Positions 1-8,481 of a DNA stretch of 15,066 nt are shown here, one piece after another; position 1 is the stretch's first letter, and the number at the start of each line of letters is the position of its first letter. The stretch covers positions 1-15,066 of the forward strand of contig JBGSTX010000084.1 in assembly GCA_041736305.1 (NCBI GenBank). The letters are read 5' to 3'. The notes below the pieces were generated by a model that searched no databases, had not been told where the DNA came from, and was given only the letters and a program-made list of their open reading frames with translations. The position numbers and the translations under genes were made by a program. This DNA is from Oligoflexus sp. (lineage in GTDB: Bacteria; Bdellovibrionota_B; Oligoflexia; Oligoflexales; Oligoflexaceae).

Positions 1-1
1 C

Positions 2-520
2 GAAGGCAACATTACCGGATCCTTGCCCCAGCAAAGAGATTTTGCGGCTCTCGACCAAGAGCTCGTGGCCATCGAACAAGATATTGATGATCTCTCCGGA
101 CAAGTGGAAAAGCTCAAATCTGAGTTCCAAGATAAGTCGGGTAAAGGCAGTCTGGTTGAAATCACACTTCAACTCGAAGCACCCGATGATACCTCCCTCC
201 GCGATCTAACCTTTGGCATCAATGAGCACACGATTTTCAACAAAGGAGGGCAAGGTTCCTGGAACCCAGGCGCGCAAATTCTTCTTTATTCGGGTCCTCT
301 AGAGCCGGGCTCACACAATATCAAGCTACAAGCCCGCACGGTTCGCCGCTACGGTGAAGGGCTCCCGCTCGATCAAAACCTCTACCACAATTACGAAGAA
401 ACCTTTCCCATTTCCCTTCCCAAGGGCAAGTTCCGCAAGGGTTTCCGGCTGAAGCTCGGCAAACCCGAACAACAGAACATTCACGCCAAGGCGGTCCTAG
501 AAGCCTATGATATCCCTTAA
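2..520 (+). CDS. Hypothetical protein, 5'-truncated: coiled coil followed by a predicted beta-sandwich domain; first visible gene of the TPR operon
   Basis: The frame is open from position 2 (EGNITGSLPQQR...), so the TTG at 23 is probably not the true start. Heptad pattern LDQELVAIEQDIDDLSGQVEKLKSEF, then alternating beta-strand pattern (LVEITLQLE, LLYSGPLEPGSHNIKLQAR). Stop TAA 518-520 lies 14 nt into the next gene (ATG 507). Confidence 0.8.
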   Translation, partial: EGNITGSLPQQRDFAALDQELVAIEQDIDDLSGQVEKLKSEFQDKSGKGSLVEITLQLEAPDDTSLRDLTFGINEHTIFNKGGQGSWNPGAQILLYSGPLEPGSHNIKLQARTVRRYGEGLPLDQNLYHNYEETFPISLPKGKFRKGFRLKLGKPEQQNIHAKAVLEAYDIP

Positions 521-2786
521 AGCTCGACAGCTGATCATACCCAGTCTGACCTGGCTCATTGCGGGCCAGGCTTTTGCGCTTTCATCTATCAGCTCGCTGC
601 AGCAGCAACTCGAACAACTTGAGACGCGCGTCAAATCCTATGAAGTTCCTAAGGATCTCAGTGGAGCTGGCATGCTCAGCTTCCAATCCGACGAGCAATT
701 TAAGAAAGCCGAGGAAAGCTATCGCGAACGCGAATTCATCGCAGCGATCCGCTTATTTAACTCCGTACTCAATCAAACTCCCCAACTCGACCAAGAACGC
801 TATCTCAAAGCCCAGTACATCCTCGGTCGCTCCTACGAAGAATTAGCGTTTCCTAGCCGTTCAATAAAAGCCTATCTACGCTACCTCAGTAGCTATGCGA
901 GCCAGGGAGGAGAAAGCGATAACCTCCTACTTGAAGTCATCCGCCGACTGCTTCTCCTTGAAGAAAGCATGTTAGCTACACAAAAGAATGACCTACAGAG
1001 ACTACTTGCTAACCTCATGTCCCTCCAACTCGCACCCGAACTGAAAGTTGAAGTGACGCTCCTCAGCAGCATAGCAGCCTACCATGGAGCGCGTTATCGC
1101 CTGTCTAGCGACTGGCTAAGCACCCTCCACAGACCGGATGTTCCCCGACGCATCCAAATTGAGGTCATCCTATACGAAGCACTAAACGCTCTAGCCCTGG
1201 GCCAAGACGCGGAAGGCGAAAAAAAGCTTCTGGAAGTGGCTAACTTCCAAGAACCTTCCTTTCTTTTCATACGAGACATGGCAGCACTCAATCTGGGTCG
1301 CCTCTATGCGGCGCGCAAGATGCCTCAGAACGCCTGGACTTGGTATCTCAAAGTCGAAGGCCCCAGCCAGTCCCTACGCTATGCTGCCTATGAGGGAGTT
1401 CAACTCCTCCAAGAAAGCCGCGAATACGCCAAAGCCCTGCAACTGGCGAAGACCTACATTGCAAAATACGGCAAAACACCGGAAGCCTATAAGCTCAAGG
1501 AGCGCATCTCTTTCCTCGAAATGCAGGCGGGCCAGCTCGATCCGGCCGAAGGCAGCATGCGGAACCGTGAACGCCAACTCCATAATCTACAGAGCGAGTT
1601 GATTGCATCCTATCGCGACCATGATCGGCTGTCTGCACAGCAAGTCGCAAGTTTAAAGCAAGAAACCGAAGTCATGGCCCTCCAGTCTCCGCTCCTCGAC
1701 AGAAGCAGCGATCTTTTCGATAGACTCAGTAGAGTTCAAGGAAAAATAGAAGAACAAAAGCGAGAACTGAGTAGTCTCATCTTCACCCTGGGACGTTTGA
1801 GTGATTCTCAGCTCAGGCCTGAAGTACAGGCCACAAACGAACAATTCCAGGACTATATGAAGCGCCTCTTCGCTATTGGCGAGGAGCTCCTTCTGCACGA
1901 TCAGGAGATCTTTAAAAGTCAATTGACCGAAAGCGAAAACGCACGTCTCTCCCGCAGTCTAGCTCGCCGGCAAAGGATCTCTGGACTCAAGCAGGAGCTA
2001 CAGAAGGGCACTTGGAAAAGCTGGGACTACTTCGCCCGCTCCCATCTCAAACGTAATGAACTAAGCGAAAAGTTGGCCCGGCAGCGAGCCAGTCTAATGA
2101 GCCTGAAGTTCAATGCTGCCAGTTTGAATGCTCCAGCCAGCTTCAAAGAGAGAACAGCTGGAATCGACGACGTCCTGGCGAGGCTCCAGCAACTCGAAAC
2201 ACGCTTGAATGTGCGGGGTGAGCAAGACAAGATAGCCATCCTCGAACACATTCGCCTGCCTTCGCCTTACCAACAAACGAGGAAAATGCTGCTCCTGGGA
2301 GCTCAAGAGTTCTTAGAGAGCGTCGCCCTCTTTGATGAGTATCATGATCGCTTCCGCGATCCCGCCCATCAGCACCTACAAGAGGACCTGGAAAGATCTT
2401 GGTTGCGCTGGCAGTCCATGGCCGGTCAGGTGCTGAAGTTGATCAAGCAGGATGAGGCTGAAGAATCCAAGTGGCTAGAAAACCAGCTTGCTGAAATCAG
2501 AAAGCTCTCGACGAGACAGGAAGCACTCGCAACTAAACAGCTTCATCTCAGTTCGGTCTTGAGCTCTACGACCGGTCGATCTCTGCCGGTGATTCTCGAT
2601 CACTTTGAGCATCATATCAAAGAACAGCGCTCGCGCGCGAAGAAGTGGCTAGCTGATATTCAGTGGCACCGCTTTATGAGCCAGACTGAGCAGCGTTTTA
2701 AAGCGAAAACAGAACACGAGAAAGTCGAAGCACAACTGCAAGAGAATCTCAAGGACCTTGAAACCGAGAGAAGCATCCATGAATAG
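507..2786 (+). CDS. Exported TPR + coiled-coil protein (759 aa), GltC/NfsC-like position and architecture
   Basis: Sec signal ending AFA|LSS. Short coiled coil, then TPR-like motifs (QFKKAEESYREREFIAAIRLFNSVL, KAQYILGRSYEEL, MAALNLGRLYAARKMPQNAWTWY). Long coiled-coil C-terminal half. Overlaps both neighbours. The CDS is secure; the Glt assignment is inference. Confidence 0.85.
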   Translation: MISLKARQLIIPSLTWLIAGQAFALSSISSLQQQLEQLETRVKSYEVPKDLSGAGMLSFQSDEQFKKAEESYREREFIAAIRLFNSVLNQTPQLDQERYLKAQYILGRSYEELAFPSRSIKAYLRYLSSYASQGGESDNLLLEVIRRLLLLEESMLATQKNDLQRLLANLMSLQLAPELKVEVTLLSSIAAYHGARYRLSSDWLSTLHRPDVPRRIQIEVILYEALNALALGQDAEGEKKLLEVANFQEPSFLFIRDMAALNLGRLYAARKMPQNAWTWYLKVEGPSQSLRYAAYEGVQLLQESREYAKALQLAKTYIAKYGKTPEAYKLKERISFLEMQAGQLDPAEGSMRNRERQLHNLQSELIASYRDHDRLSAQQVASLKQETEVMALQSPLLDRSSDLFDRLSRVQGKIEEQKRELSSLIFTLGRLSDSQLRPEVQATNEQFQDYMKRLFAIGEELLLHDQEIFKSQLTESENARLSRSLARRQRISGLKQELQKGTWKSWDYFARSHLKRNELSEKLARQRASLMSLKFNAASLNAPASFKERTAGIDDVLARLQQLETRLNVRGEQDKIAILEHIRLPSPYQQTRKMLLLGAQEFLESVALFDEYHDRFRDPAHQHLQEDLERSWLRWQSMAGQVLKLIKQDEAEESKWLENQLAEIRKLSTRQEALATKQLHLSSVLSSTTGRSLPVILDHFEHHIKEQRSRAKKWLADIQWHRFMSQTEQRFKAKTEHEKVEAQLQENLKDLETERSIHE

Positions 2787-5700
2787 AAACCTCCTAGCTT
2801 TTGGCCTCCTCGTCCTCTCTCTCAGTCAAGATCGACTGCAAGCAGCACCACGCTCGGCCCAGGTTCCTGACCCTGCCACGGTCAATGCCTATCAGGAATT
2901 CTGGTCGGCCTTTGAGGACTATGATTCTCATCATCAGGCGCTTGAGCAGGGGAAGTTTTTTGGTCAATGGGACCAGATTCGTCACGAATGGACTTACCAA
3001 GATCAAACCCAGCGCGAACAGCAGCTTGATGTCTTGCGTGAGGCAGTTAAACGCTACAAGCAGCATCTCATCGACACTCCTGACGCCGGGAATGCAGCCT
3101 ACGTTAAGCTCAATCTCGCCCAGATCATGAACAAAATCGGTCAACTGCAGGACGAGAAATCCAGCGGCGCCGGACGTGAGAGCAAGCGAGAAGCTCTTGC
3201 GATCCTGGCTAGTCTTCAGAACGAGAATCCTGGCTTCGCCATGAGTGAAGAGTCTCAATACCTGAGAGCGACGATCCTCGAGAGCCTCGAGCAGGCGGAA
3301 ACAGCACTTCCCATCTGGAAAAATCTATCCAAAAGCGCCAAATCTTCGCTTTACGGTGTTCATGCATCTATTGCTATCGGTGACCATGCATTTGCTAAGG
3401 AACGGCCAGCTGAAGCTCTTAGCGCTTACCAAGAGGGGGCGAAGCTTCTTAGCCGCATCAGCACGCCAGACAAAGACTTTGAGACTCTCAGAATACAGTA
3501 CCGCTTGGCCTGGGCCGCCTATCGGGCCGCAGATCTTGAACTTTGCATTCAAACGAGCCAAGAACTCCTTGAGCCAGGTCGCGAGTTTCGCCAGCTTAGC
3601 GTTAAAAGGCGCGTCGAGCTCGATGCAGCTGAGCTGCTAGGCGATGCGCTCTTTGAACTCGATGATATGAAAAAGACCAAGCTAGTCCTCCAGAAAAATA
3701 TGATCAGACCCTACGCAGGCGCAATCGGCTTTAAGTTGATGAGCCGACTCGTGAGCATGCCAACTAAAGGACGCCTTATAGAAGTCGGCCAGTTTATAGT
3801 CGAACGCTTTCCTCAAGCCCCTGAAATGCCGGAAATACTCACCCTGCTCGCCAGCGCGTACAAAGAGGAGAATAGAGGCGAAGATCACCTCGCTACCCTG
3901 GAGCGTTTAGCTCTCATGCTGCCGACCAGCAGCCTTTGGCGGAACCAGCAGCGGACAGATCCCGAGCTCATCAAAAAGATGGAACTTAGGGCTCTTGCTG
4001 CCAACAACCTCTTAGCCGCTCACTACTATGAGCAAGGCATCACGCAAAACAACGCGCCTTCCTTCAAGTCGGCCTCGACTTATTACGAGACCCTTCTCCG
4101 CTTCAATCCTCAAGACGCTGATGCAGAGACTTGGCAGCTGCGCCGCGCACACTGCTTCTATTTTGGCTCAAATTGGCAAGCAGCAGACCAGGCCTACGAG
4201 GACTTCAAATCAAAAAAAGTTTCAGTAGCCAACCTGGAGGTCGCTTTCTATCAGCAGGCTCTAGCCCGAGAAAAGCTCTGGCGAGAATCCTTACAAAAAA
4301 CCATTGGAGATCGGGGTGAGCCGCAGCGGAATCCATTGGTAATCGAGCGCCTGCGCAGCTTCGAAAACATAGTCGATGGCTTCGCCGATCGCTTTCCTAA
4401 CAAAGCACAGAGCAACGATCTTCTCCTCTTGGTTGCATCGGCCAACCGCGATATGGGTAAGTTCAATCAAGCAGAAAGATACTGGAATCGCACTCTCCTC
4501 TCCGAGCCAACGGCTGCCCAGCGCACGCTTGCTATACGCGGACTCATCCAAGCAAAAATAAAAAGCGGATCGCCGCATGCTGTTTCCGCCCTAACTGAGA
4601 GCCATCTGAAACTGGAAAATTGGCAGGAACTAGGCCCAACCTTCCGTGACGAGCTGCTTGGAGTCTTGGCCACATCGGCCCGCGAAAGCAGTGATGATCT
4701 CAATAAAAAGGGAAAGGTACTGGAAGCTGGAAAAATCCTGCTGCGCGTCTCCGAAGATTTCCCCAGCATACCGGATCGTGACACTCTCTACCGCGATGGC
4801 GCCTACCTACTTGCCATTGCTGGAGATTGGAAGAGCTCATACCAAGCTTCGGATGCTTACCTTACTCAAGCTAAATCAAGTCAAAAAGAAGCGGACATGA
4901 TTTACCTCAAAGCCCGCTCGCTCGAGTATCAAATGCGCTTCGCAGAAGCTGCAGAGGCGCATCTAAGCCTTGCCCAGCGTTTTCGCTCTTACAACAAATC
5001 TTCCGAGAGTGTTCGCCGCGCTGAAGATCTGGCCAAGGCTGAAGATGACCTTGCTTTAGCTGGCCGGGCGGCACTCGCATCTGCAGCCTTTGCTAAGACC
5101 GAAGATTTGAAGCTTTCTGCCCACAAGCGCGCGGTCGCGTACTATTCGGAGGCCAAGGAGTGGAATTCAGCCCTTGAAACTCTAGAGCTGGCCCAGCGGC
5201 ACGCGCATCGAGCTGCCGATCGGCTTCCTCTTGCTCTCGATAAGGCGCGGGTCTTTGAGGCAAAGTCTGACCTCAAGAAAGCTCTTCCGATTTATCAGCA
5301 GGTTCTGAAGGAAGCAGCACAAAAAGAGGAAGATCTCGACCGTGATACTTACAGCCGTGTGGCAGGAGAAGCTGCTTTCCAACTTGGTGAAGATGCTCGC
5401 CGAGAATTCGAAGATTTCGAACTAACCAAAGGCTTTAGTACCTTAGCGCTAAGGATCCAGGAAAAATCCCAGAAGCTAGACCAGAGTCTACAGTACTACA
5501 ACAGAGCTATTCAGAGCAAAGATCCCGAATGGTCGAGCCGCGCTAGGTACGGTGCGGGGCAACTGGCCGAAACAATGTCACAAAACATTAAGTCTGCTCT
5601 TGCCAAAAACAACAGTGAACTATCGGCCGGAGAAAGCAAATCTTTCTTCGAGCAGTCACAGCGCTGGCAGAAACTTTCGCAAGAATACTTCAGCCAAAAT

Positions 5701-5862
5701 ATTCTCGCACGCCATCGCGAGCCCTATCGCTATAAGAACAGTGTCTGGATGGAGCGATCCGCCCTGAAGATCCCTGGGCTTCAAGCTCGTGAAGGTGGGT
5801 CGGATCCAAGCGAAGTTCCAAGTGCAATGGGCGCTTCCCAACCCTTCCAGTGGAGTCACTGA
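2779..5862 (+). CDS. Large exported TPR protein (~1027 aa), GltD/AgmU(NfsD)-like
   Basis: ATG 2779 preferred to TTG 2758 because it gives a signal peptide (MNRNLLAFGLLVLSLSQDRLQA) and an 8-nt overlap with the upstream gene. Many TPR motifs (SQYLRATILESL, IQYRLAWAAYRA, YYETLLRFNPQ, IVDGFADRFP, MIYLKARSLEY). The C-terminal block (YYNRAIQSKDPEWSSRARYGAGQL...YKNSVWMERS) resembles, from memory, the AgmU-family C-terminus. Confidence 0.85.
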   Translation: MNRNLLAFGLLVLSLSQDRLQAAPRSAQVPDPATVNAYQEFWSAFEDYDSHHQALEQGKFFGQWDQIRHEWTYQDQTQREQQLDVLREAVKRYKQHLIDTPDAGNAAYVKLNLAQIMNKIGQLQDEKSSGAGRESKREALAILASLQNENPGFAMSEESQYLRATILESLEQAETALPIWKNLSKSAKSSLYGVHASIAIGDHAFAKERPAEALSAYQEGAKLLSRISTPDKDFETLRIQYRLAWAAYRAADLELCIQTSQELLEPGREFRQLSVKRRVELDAAELLGDALFELDDMKKTKLVLQKNMIRPYAGAIGFKLMSRLVSMPTKGRLIEVGQFIVERFPQAPEMPEILTLLASAYKEENRGEDHLATLERLALMLPTSSLWRNQQRTDPELIKKMELRALAANNLLAAHYYEQGITQNNAPSFKSASTYYETLLRFNPQDADAETWQLRRAHCFYFGSNWQAADQAYEDFKSKKVSVANLEVAFYQQALAREKLWRESLQKTIGDRGEPQRNPLVIERLRSFENIVDGFADRFPNKAQSNDLLLLVASANRDMGKFNQAERYWNRTLLSEPTAAQRTLAIRGLIQAKIKSGSPHAVSALTESHLKLENWQELGPTFRDELLGVLATSARESSDDLNKKGKVLEAGKILLRVSEDFPSIPDRDTLYRDGAYLLAIAGDWKSSYQASDAYLTQAKSSQKEADMIYLKARSLEYQMRFAEAAEAHLSLAQRFRSYNKSSESVRRAEDLAKAEDDLALAGRAALASAAFAKTEDLKLSAHKRAVAYYSEAKEWNSALETLELAQRHAHRAADRLPLALDKARVFEAKSDLKKALPIYQQVLKEAAQKEEDLDRDTYSRVAGEAAFQLGEDARREFEDFELTKGFSTLALRIQEKSQKLDQSLQYYNRAIQSKDPEWSSRARYGAGQLAETMSQNIKSALAKNNSELSAGESKSFFEQSQRWQKLSQEYFSQNILARHREPYRYKNSVWMERSALKIPGLQAREGGSDPSEVPSAMGASQPFQWSH

Positions 5863-5864
5863 AG

Positions 5865-7067
5865 ATGAGTTCTAGAACAAACGGCCTTATTATAGCACTC
5901 ACGAGCCTTTCGCTAGCCGCCGTTGCCTGTGAAACCACCCAGGACCGGGATGAACTCGATCTTCATCCAAAATCACAAACTGAGAGCGTCTCGGCTAGCC
6001 CTACGCTGGAAGTGAGTACCAACCCTGAAGCTATGGCCGCTCAGGAAATTTTCAATTGGCAACGGCTCTACCGAGACACCCCGTCTGGAAGTGAGCAAAA
6101 GCTTCTTAAAGAGAAACTTCGAGCTAGCTCTGACACTACTAGAGGAAAGCTAAGCTTCGACCAGCGCCTTCAAAACGCCCGCAATACTCTGGCGATCGGG
6201 CAGCGCGACGAAGCCAAGGATCTCTACCTGGATCTTCTCAAGGAAGAGCCGCAGCATATCGACATTCAGCTCGAGCTGGCCCATATCCACTTAGCCGAAA
6301 GCAAAAGCGAAAGGGCTTTTGACTATCTGGGCTCGGTCAGAAAGCAGCTCGATGCTTTGGAGAAGCCTTCCACAGAGCAGGTCTTCCGCTATCGCTACGC
6401 GCTTGCCGGCGCCTATCTTCAGACGCAAAACCGGAAAAAAGGACATCAGATCCTCACCGATCTCATTTCTAAAAACCCCTCTTTCATACCTGCCTATGCA
6501 GCTCTCTCTCAGTCCTATCTACAGAGCAATCATCCCGATCTCGCTGAATTTATAGCTAAGCGGGGTCTCGACAGAGGACCTGACGACCCTCGTCTCCTCA
6601 ATTTGATAGCCGTGTCGTATCTCCGTCGGAATCGCAGTGAAGAAGCCCGCACCTGGCTAGATAAAGCTCTGGAAATCAACCCCGAATTCGTACCTGCACT
6701 CGTCAATCGCTCGCATCTCGCGATGCAACGCCGCGAATATGCGCGAGCAGAAAACGACTTACAAAAATCTATCAATCTCGACCCTATCAATGTTGACAGC
6801 CAGATGGCGCTTGGTCTGCTTCACAAAAAAACTGGTCGCATTAGTGCAGCGCGGGGCTGCCTCGAAAAAGCTGTGCAGATAGATCCTCAGAATCCCTTCG
6901 CCCGCTATCACCTTGGTCTATTGCTGGCTAAAGACTTCAAAGACGAGTCTGCCGCTCTGCAGCTCTTCTACGATGTCCTACAAGCTAGGGATGAAGATTC
7001 AGAGATTAAGAATTTGGCAAAAGTTCAGATTCAGTCGCTTCGTGACAGCCGCTTATACGAGAAGTAA
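5865..7067 (+). CDS. TPR lipoprotein (~400 aa), GltE/AglT(NfsE)-like
   Basis: ATG 5865 has GGAG at 5852-5855 and sits 2 nt after the upstream stop. Lipoprotein signal MSSRTNGLIIALTSLSLAAVA-C (Cys codon 5928-5930). Canonical tandem TPRs (LLNLIAVSYLRRNRSEEARTWLDKALEINPEFVPALVN, SQMALGLLHKKTGRISAARGCLEKAVQIDPQNPFARYHLG). Confidence 0.88.
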   Translation: MSSRTNGLIIALTSLSLAAVACETTQDRDELDLHPKSQTESVSASPTLEVSTNPEAMAAQEIFNWQRLYRDTPSGSEQKLLKEKLRASSDTTRGKLSFDQRLQNARNTLAIGQRDEAKDLYLDLLKEEPQHIDIQLELAHIHLAESKSERAFDYLGSVRKQLDALEKPSTEQVFRYRYALAGAYLQTQNRKKGHQILTDLISKNPSFIPAYAALSQSYLQSNHPDLAEFIAKRGLDRGPDDPRLLNLIAVSYLRRNRSEEARTWLDKALEINPEFVPALVNRSHLAMQRREYARAENDLQKSINLDPINVDSQMALGLLHKKTGRISAARGCLEKAVQIDPQNPFARYHLGLLLAKDFKDESAALQLFYDVLQARDEDSEIKNLAKVQIQSLRDSRLYEK

Positions 7068-7101
7068 GGGGTATACGCCGATCTTTTTGTGGAGCCCTCC
7101 C

Positions 7102-7128
7102 TTTAGTTTCCTGAAAAAGTTCCGATAA
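7102..7128 (+). promoter_or_regulatory. Putative sigma28 (FliA)-type promoter for the response regulator
   Basis: TTTAGTTT-N11-TCCGATAA compared with consensus TAAAGTTT-N11-GCCGATAA. Intergenic, 46 nt upstream of ATG 7175. Confidence 0.6.
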
Positions 7129-7174
7129 ATGGAGTAACAGGTTTTCTGAAAGAGTGTTAGTAAGAGGAGCTTCC

Positions 7175-7711
7175 ATGAGTATCCAGGATCGGGTATACAA
7201 CCGTTCGTCCTATATCCTCGTTGTCGATGACGACGATACTCTCTTGAAGTTTTTCAAGATTCATCTAAACAAATTCTTTTCTCGGGTTATCGTGGTCAAG
7301 AACGCCCAAGAGGCTATCGATTCCCTGAAAGATAAAGAAATCGATCTCGTCATCAGCGACATCAAGATGCCTCGCATGGATGGCATTCAACTGATGAAAA
7401 AGGTCAAAAACCATGACCCTTCGATACCCGTATTTCTCGTCAGTGGAGCGCTGCTAGACGAAGATCAACTCGCCACCGTCGACAATAAAGCTGATGGCTA
7501 TCTGAAAAAGCCATTCTCCATCGACGAGCTGCATGGCTTTATTGACAAGGGCATTCGGGTAAGGGACGCTTATAAAGAACTGCTTGTCATCGTTCCCGAT
7601 AAGAAGAAGTTTCTCGAATTGATCCAAGGCAAACGTCAGTTCCGCTTTATCAAAGATGAGGACGAGCGGCTCAAAGCTCAGCAGATTCTTGAGAACATAC
7701 GCGCGAGCTGA
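7175..7711 (+). CDS. Response regulator receiver (REC) protein with a short C-terminal helical extension and no recognisable output domain
   Basis: ILVVDDD acidic pocket, DLVISDIKMPRMDG phospho-Asp motif, VSG switch Ser, KPF motif. Strong RBS GAGGAG at 7164-7169 favours ATG 7175 over GTG 7154. Confidence 0.93.
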   Translation: MSIQDRVYNRSSYILVVDDDDTLLKFFKIHLNKFFSRVIVVKNAQEAIDSLKDKEIDLVISDIKMPRMDGIQLMKKVKNHDPSIPVFLVSGALLDEDQLATVDNKADGYLKKPFSIDELHGFIDKGIRVRDAYKELLVIVPDKKKFLELIQGKRQFRFIKDEDERLKAQQILENIRAS

Positions 7712-8469
7712 TGATTTTCAGCCTTCTTCGGCAGAGCCCGCTCCACCAAGAGCTCGAGAGCCCTTAGGGTCGTCGTGCCATACCAAGACAGAATTCTCCC
7801 ATCGACACGAAAAATCGCCGGCACCTCTGGCCAATCCTTCTGCAGGGCTAGGGCGTCACGCCTGCGAAACGGATAGGGTTCGGAACTCAGAAAAATTTGC
7901 GTCGCTTCCAATTTTTTTATATCTTCGAGTTCGACTGTCGGATAACGATCCGCGCCTGCATAGGCATTTTCGAACCCAGCCACACTTAGAAGCCTTGAAA
8001 TATAGGTGTCTCGCCCCGCAAGCATATAGGGCTTTTGCCAGATGAAGTAGAGAAATTTCTCCTTCACCACCGCACCTGAAGTCTGGCGCAGTTCAAGCAA
8101 CTTTCTCGTAATGGCCTCAGCCCATGGACTAACCATATCGTGCACATCTAAGAAATTTCCAATCTGCTGGAGCATAGGCGCAACATCTTCAGGCCCTTTT
8201 GGGAAGGTGACGCAGACAGCATGGTGACGTGCAAGCTCTTCGACCGTTAGGCGAGGGTTTTCTTCCTGATTAACTAAGATGTGGCTAGGTTTGAGACTTA
8301 ATATTTTTTCGACGGAGAAATCTTTGGTGCCACCTACGATAGCAGCTGTGCGATGGAGATCGGGTGGTTCAGTGCAGAACGTAGTGCAGGCGATGAGCTC
8401 ATCCCGCAGGCCTAGCTCGACCAGTGTTTCTGTGAGACTAGGAACGAGACTGACGATTCGGCGTTGCAT
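7678..8469 (-). CDS. Helical-backbone metal receptor / BtuF-like (cobalamin or iron-chelate) binding protein, no signal peptide
   Basis: RIVSLVPSLTETL, IVGGTK, EKILSLKPSHIL..EEN, AGRDTYISRLL..AG..N, YP.V..E, LSSEPYPF and VDG..LSWYG motifs. RBS AGAGGTG upstream. The 3' end overlaps the convergent REC gene by 34 nt. Confidence 0.88.
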   Translation of the reverse strand: MQRRIVSLVPSLTETLVELGLRDELIACTTFCTEPPDLHRTAAIVGGTKDFSVEKILSLKPSHILVNQEENPRLTVEELARHHAVCVTFPKGPEDVAPMLQQIGNFLDVHDMVSPWAEAITRKLLELRQTSGAVVKEKFLYFIWQKPYMLAGRDTYISRLLSVAGFENAYAGADRYPTVELEDIKKLEATQIFLSSEPYPFRRRDALALQKDWPEVPAIFRVDGRILSWYGTTTLRALELLVERALPKKAENHQLARMFSRIC

Positions 8470-8481
8470 AGCTCACCTCTC

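Noticed and set aside
559..6790. Many short alternative-frame and antisense ORFs inside the TPR operon (e.g. 2794-3258 -, 559-846 +, 4467-4784 -)
   Set aside because: They are nested in long, well-supported CDSs and show Ser/Arg-rich or antisense-shadow composition with no recognisable motifs.
507..7067. TPR cluster as an anti-phage defence system or secretion-system chaperone set
   Set aside because: The proteins have export or lipoprotein signals. I see no nuclease, NTPase, TIR/SIR2 or secretion-apparatus motifs and no mobile-element context.
7058..7084. Additional GCCGAT (7077-7082) as another sigma28 promoter
   Set aside because: No acceptable -35 element at the required spacing. The motif at 7102-7128 fits much better.
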